Below, one piece after another: positions 59,322 to 64,000 of a stretch of 64,000 bases of DNA. The position numbers and the translations under genes were made by a program. Below the pieces are notes generated by a model. That model saw only the letters and a list, made by a program, of their open reading frames with translations, was not told where the DNA came from and ran no database searches. Numbering within the stretch: the first letter of the stretch is position 1; every line of letters begins with the position of its first letter. This stretch comes from Squalus acanthias (lineage: Eukaryota): assembly GCA_030390025.1 (NCBI GenBank), contig CM059434.1, positions 110,050,001 through 110,114,000 of the forward strand, given 5' to 3'.

Positions 59322-61921
59322 AAACATAGAAACATAGAAGATAGGAGCAGGAGTAGGCCATTCAGCCCCTCGAGCCTGCTCCGCCATTCAATGAGATCAT
59401 GGCTGATCATTCAAATTCAGTACCCTGTCCCTGCCTTCTCTCCATATCCCTTGATCCCTTTAGTTTTAAGAAATATATCTAACTCCTTCTTGAATATATT
59501 TAATGAATTGGCCTCTACTGCCTTCTGTGGTAGAGAATTCCACAGGTTCACCACTCTCTGGGTGAAGAAATTCCTCCTCATCTCAGTCCTAAATGGCTTA
59601 CCCCTTATCCTTAGACTGTGACCCCTGGTTCTGGACTCCCCGGCCATCGGGAACATCCTGCATCTAGTCTGTCTAGTCCTGTTAGAATTTTATAAGTTTC
59701 AATGAGATCCCCTCTCCTTCTTCTAAACTCCAGTGAGTATAAGCCCAATCGACCCAATCTCTCCTCATACGCCATTCCTGCCATCCCGGGTATCAGCCTG
59801 GTGAATCTTCGCTGCACTCCCTCCATGGCAAGAACATCCTTCCTCAGATAAGGCGACCAAAACTGCACACAATACTCAAGATGTGGTCTCACCAAGGCCC
59901 TGTACAACTGCAGCAAGACATCCTTGTTCCTGTACTCGAACCCTTTCGCTACGAAGGCCAACACACCATTTGCCTTCTTAACTGCCTGCTGCACCTGCAT
60001 GCTTACCTTCAGCGATTGGTGCACAAGGACACCCAGGTCTTGTTGCACTTCCCCTTCTCCCAATCTATTGCCATTCAGATAATAATCTGCCTTCCTGTTT
60101 TTGACACCAAAGTGGATAACATCGCATTTATCCACATTGGGCAGAAGCATGGCAGATGCAATATAATCACCCAACCTGTCCAAATCATACTGGAGTTTCT
60201 CGGCATCCTCCTCACGGCACACACTCCCACCCAGCTTTGTGTCGTCTGCAAACTTGGAGACATTACATCCAATTCCATCGTCCAGATCATTAATATATAT
60301 TGTGAATAGCTGGGGTCCTAGGACCGATCCCTGCGGTACCCCACTAGTCACCGCCTGCCACTCGGAAAAAGACCCATTTATTCCAACTCTTTGCTTTCTG
60401 TCTGCCAACCAGTTCTCTATCCAAGTCAATACCTTGCCCCCAATCCCATGTGCCTTAACTTTACACGCTAATCTCTTATGCGGGACCTTATCGAAAGCCT
60501 TCTGAAAGTCCAAATACACCACATCCACTGGTTCTCCCTTATCCATTTTACTAGTTACATCCTCAAAAAATTCCAGTAGATTAGTCAAGCACGATTTGCC
60601 TTTTGTAAATCCATGTTGACTTTGTCCGATCCTGTCACTGTTTTCCAAGTGCTCTGCTATTACATCTTTTATAATGGACTCTAGCATTTTCCCCACTACC
60701 GATGTCAGGCTTACTGGTCTATAATTCCCCGTTTTCTCTCTACCACCTTTTTTGAATAGTGGGGTAATATTAGCTACCCTCCAATCCATGGGTACTGTTC
60801 CAGAGTCTATAGAATTTTGGAAGATGACCAGCAATGCATCTACTATTTCTAGGGCCACTTCCTTAAGTACCCTAGGATGTAGATTATCAGGCCCTGGGGA
60901 TTTATCGGCCTTCAATCCCATCAATTTCCCTAACACCATTTCCCTGCAAATACTGATTTCTTTCAGTTCCTCCCTTTCATCAGACCCTATGTTCCCCGAC
61001 ATCTCTGGGAGGTTATTTGTGTCCTCCTTTGTGAAGACAGAACCAAAGTATGTATTTAATTGGTCTGCCATTTCTTTGTTCCCCATTATAAATTCCCCTG
61101 ATTCTGACTGCAAGGGACCTACGCTTGACTTCACCAATCTTTTTCTCTTCACATATCTATAAAAGCTTTTACAGTCAGTTTTTATGTTCCTCGCAAGCTT
61201 ACTCTCATACTCTATTTTCCCCCTCTTAATTAATCCCTTTGTCCTTCTTTGCTGAATCCTATACTGCTCCCAATCCTCAGGTTTTCTGCTTTTTCTGGCC
61301 AATTTATATGTCCTTTCCTTGGATCTTATGCTATCCCTAATTTCCTTTGTTAGCCACGGTTGAGTCACCTTTTTTGTTTTATTTTTATGCCAAACTGGGA
61401 TGAACAAATTCTGTAGTTCATTCATGCGATCTTTGAATGCTTGCCATTGCCTCTCCACCGTCAACCCTTTGAGTGACATTCCCCAATCCATCCTACCCAA
61501 CTCGCGCCTCATACCATCGTAGTTTCCTTTATTTAAATTCAGGACCCTAGTCTCTGAGTCAACTACTTCACTCTCCATCTTAATGAAGAATTCTATCATA
61601 TTATGATCACTCCGACCCAAGGGGCCTCGCACAACAAGATTGCTAATTAATCCTTTCTCATTACATAATACCCAGTCTAAGATGGCCTGATCTCTAGTTG
61701 GTTCCTCGACATATTGGTCCAGGAAACCATCCCGTATACACTCCAGGAATTCCTCCTCCACAGTATTGTTACTAATTTGGGTAGCCCAATCTATATGTAG
61801 ATTAAAGTCGCCCATGATAACTGCTGTGCTCTTATTGCATGCTTCTCTAATTTCCATTTTAATGCCATCCCCAACCTCCGTATTACTGTTTGGGGGTCTA
61901 TACACCACTCCCACTAGCGTT
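59322..61921 (-). mobile_element. Young CR1 (family A) with a 783-aa open ORF2 segment, inserted into an older CR1 (59200-59320 and 61922-62575)
   Basis: ORF 59611..61962 with APE C-terminal half and RT (FADDTK); frameshift near 59655; (TTCTATG)n tail. Confidence 0.93.
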
Positions 61922-64000
61922 TTCAATCTCAGTTTTGAAATTTTCAATTGACTTAACCTCAACAGCTTTTTTTGGGGTGGGGGGGAGGGGAAGAGTTCCA
62001 GATTTCCACTATCATTTGTGTGAAGAATTGCTTCCTGATGTCATGATGTCCTGAATGGCCTAGTTCTAATTTTAAGGTTATGCCCTCTTGTTCTGGACTC
62101 TACCACCAGAGGAAATTAGTTTATCTCTGTCTACCTTATCAATTCCTTTAATCATCTTCAAAACCTCAATTAGATTACCCCTTAATCTTCTATACTCAAG
62201 GGAATACAAGACTAATCTATGTAACCTTTCCTCATAATTTAACTCTTTTAGCCCACGTATCACTTCTGGTGAATCTGCGCTGCACCCATTCCAAGGTCGA
62301 TATATCCTTCCTGCGGTGCGATGCCCAGAACTGAACACACTACTCTAAATGGGGTCTAACCAGAGCTTTATATAACTGCACCAGAACTTCCATTTCTTTG
62401 TATTCCAGCCCTCCTGAGATAAAGGCCAATGTTCCATTAGCCTTTTGAATTATTTATTTGTACTTGTCCAATAGCTTTTAGTGACCCATAAATATCTCTG
62501 CTCCTCCGCAGTTCCTAGCTTCTTCCCATTTAAAAAAAATACTCTGATCTATCTTTCTTGGGTCCCAAGTGGACACTGAAGTGGATAGGGATGGCAGGAC
62601 GAGAGGTAATGCCTATAAAATCATATGCAGAGTTAGGTTTGATTTAAGCAAGTATGTCTTTTCACTGAGAATCCTTACTCTCTGGAACAAATTTCCACAA
62701 CATGAGGTAGAGGATAACTTTGGTCCTTTTTATAAAAAAAGAAATTGACAGGTTGCTGAGAAGAGATCATTGCTAGGAAAAGGGGTAACTAGCTAGTTTA
62801 GATTGTGATGTGACATGGGCAATCGTGGTATGGAGGTTGCTTGATTGCCTTAGGTGGTCGGTGAGGAATTTCCTGAATTGGCCATTGCCTCTACTGAGAC
62901 CACCTTGCTTGGGTGTGGGTGATTGGGGTTTGAGGTTACGGTCCGTTGCATGGGCAGTTTCATGGACCTCATGGTTTTTTTTTTTTTACACCTTTTTTGA
63001 TTTTGTATGTTTAATCCTCCCGCATCATGTAGTAGCAGCTTTACTTCTCCAATCATCAGACAGGGTTTGGGTGCTGCATCCCTCCATTGCTTGATCACAG
63101 ATTCAGTTTCCTGACTCCACCTTTCTTTTATAATCCACTGGATTTGGCCAGCAACTCCTTTTTGCTCCACACACTCTTCAGTCAGTCAACCAAAAATTAT
63201 TGATCCCACATTGCCTTTAAATGCCAGCTGCAACCCTTATAGAGCTAATGCGATGGATATTCCACCTCCTCCATTTGGTGAGCTTCCAGTGTGGAGTTTA
63301 GGCCAGGCCAGAAGCTTGCTGTGTATATGCAATGAGGGCTGGCTTTGGAAGATCTGATGGGGTTGGCTGTGCGATGATTGTGCAGTTGCAAAACCCACGG
63401 TACACCAATCTTAATGAAAAATTGCAGGATCATAAAACTTGTGTTCATGTCATTACGTTGAATAATTTTGTGATAAATTGTCCTTTCTTTTAGCTTGAAT
63501 GCATCCGGCAGATTGCAGATAGGATATGGAAAAAATACGGCCTCGACACCCACATCCTGTGCTTGTAAGTGATGGTCATTTTAAAGCAGAACAATTTGTA
63601 GCACCAAATGTGGCACATTATCAAGTGAAGACTAAGAATATTCATTTTATTTATAGTAAAAATTCGGAGAAAACTAACAGTTGGCTATTAAAATTGTAGG
63701 TCAAGTTTTTTATATAATAGTTATAATATTCTAACGTTTTTTAAAAAGTGGAATTTGAAACTTGAGATGCTAAAATGGAAATGTGTACGTAGGTATGCAG
63801 ACGATCGAGAATATGTGTGTGTCAGATAGGGATAGTAGAAGCTTCCTCCGGTGGCTCCTGTTCCACTAAAACCACATGTGAAGGAAGGCAGTCTTTTGGG
63901 AGCAGAAGATAACCACTAAGGGCTCACTTTCATTTTGTTTGTAGGAATGTTAATTTAAAACAAACTTTATTAAAAAAAAAAGTACCCAGAACAGATCTAA

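Noticed and set aside
59611-61962. 783-aa ORF as an active retrotransposon or domesticated gene
   Set aside because: 5'-truncated within the endonuclease with no ORF1, carries an RT micro-inversion, and is frameshifted near the C-terminus
62600-64000. Next GSAP exon, or the ORFs 62810-63553 as genes
   Set aside because: No AG-bounded segment encoding the expected next GSAP peptide was found, and the ORFs lack recognisable motifs

Overview
This is vertebrate genomic DNA, most likely from a cartilaginous fish (inferred from the repeat families). The window lies entirely inside one + strand host gene, GSAP/PION (gamma-secretase activating protein). I traced 19 consecutive GT-AG internal exons (1647..58188, 1562 nt) that splice into one open frame of about 520 aa; the ORF track mostly misses them. 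The introns hold CR1-clade LINEs (several nested), Penelope-like elements (PLEs) with minimal hammerhead-ribozyme motifs, RTE fragments, a Deu-type SINE, and Tc1/mariner-type and Harbinger-type MITEs. One full-length two-gene PIF/Harbinger transposon (Myb/SANT plus DDE transposase) is inserted into a CR1. The most notable observations are a 106-bp hammerhead-only insertion with a 16-bp target duplication, a PLE junction at the predicted ribozyme cleavage site, and a strongly conserved internal hairpin in a MITE family. All calls were made by eye and from recalled family knowledge; no searches were run.
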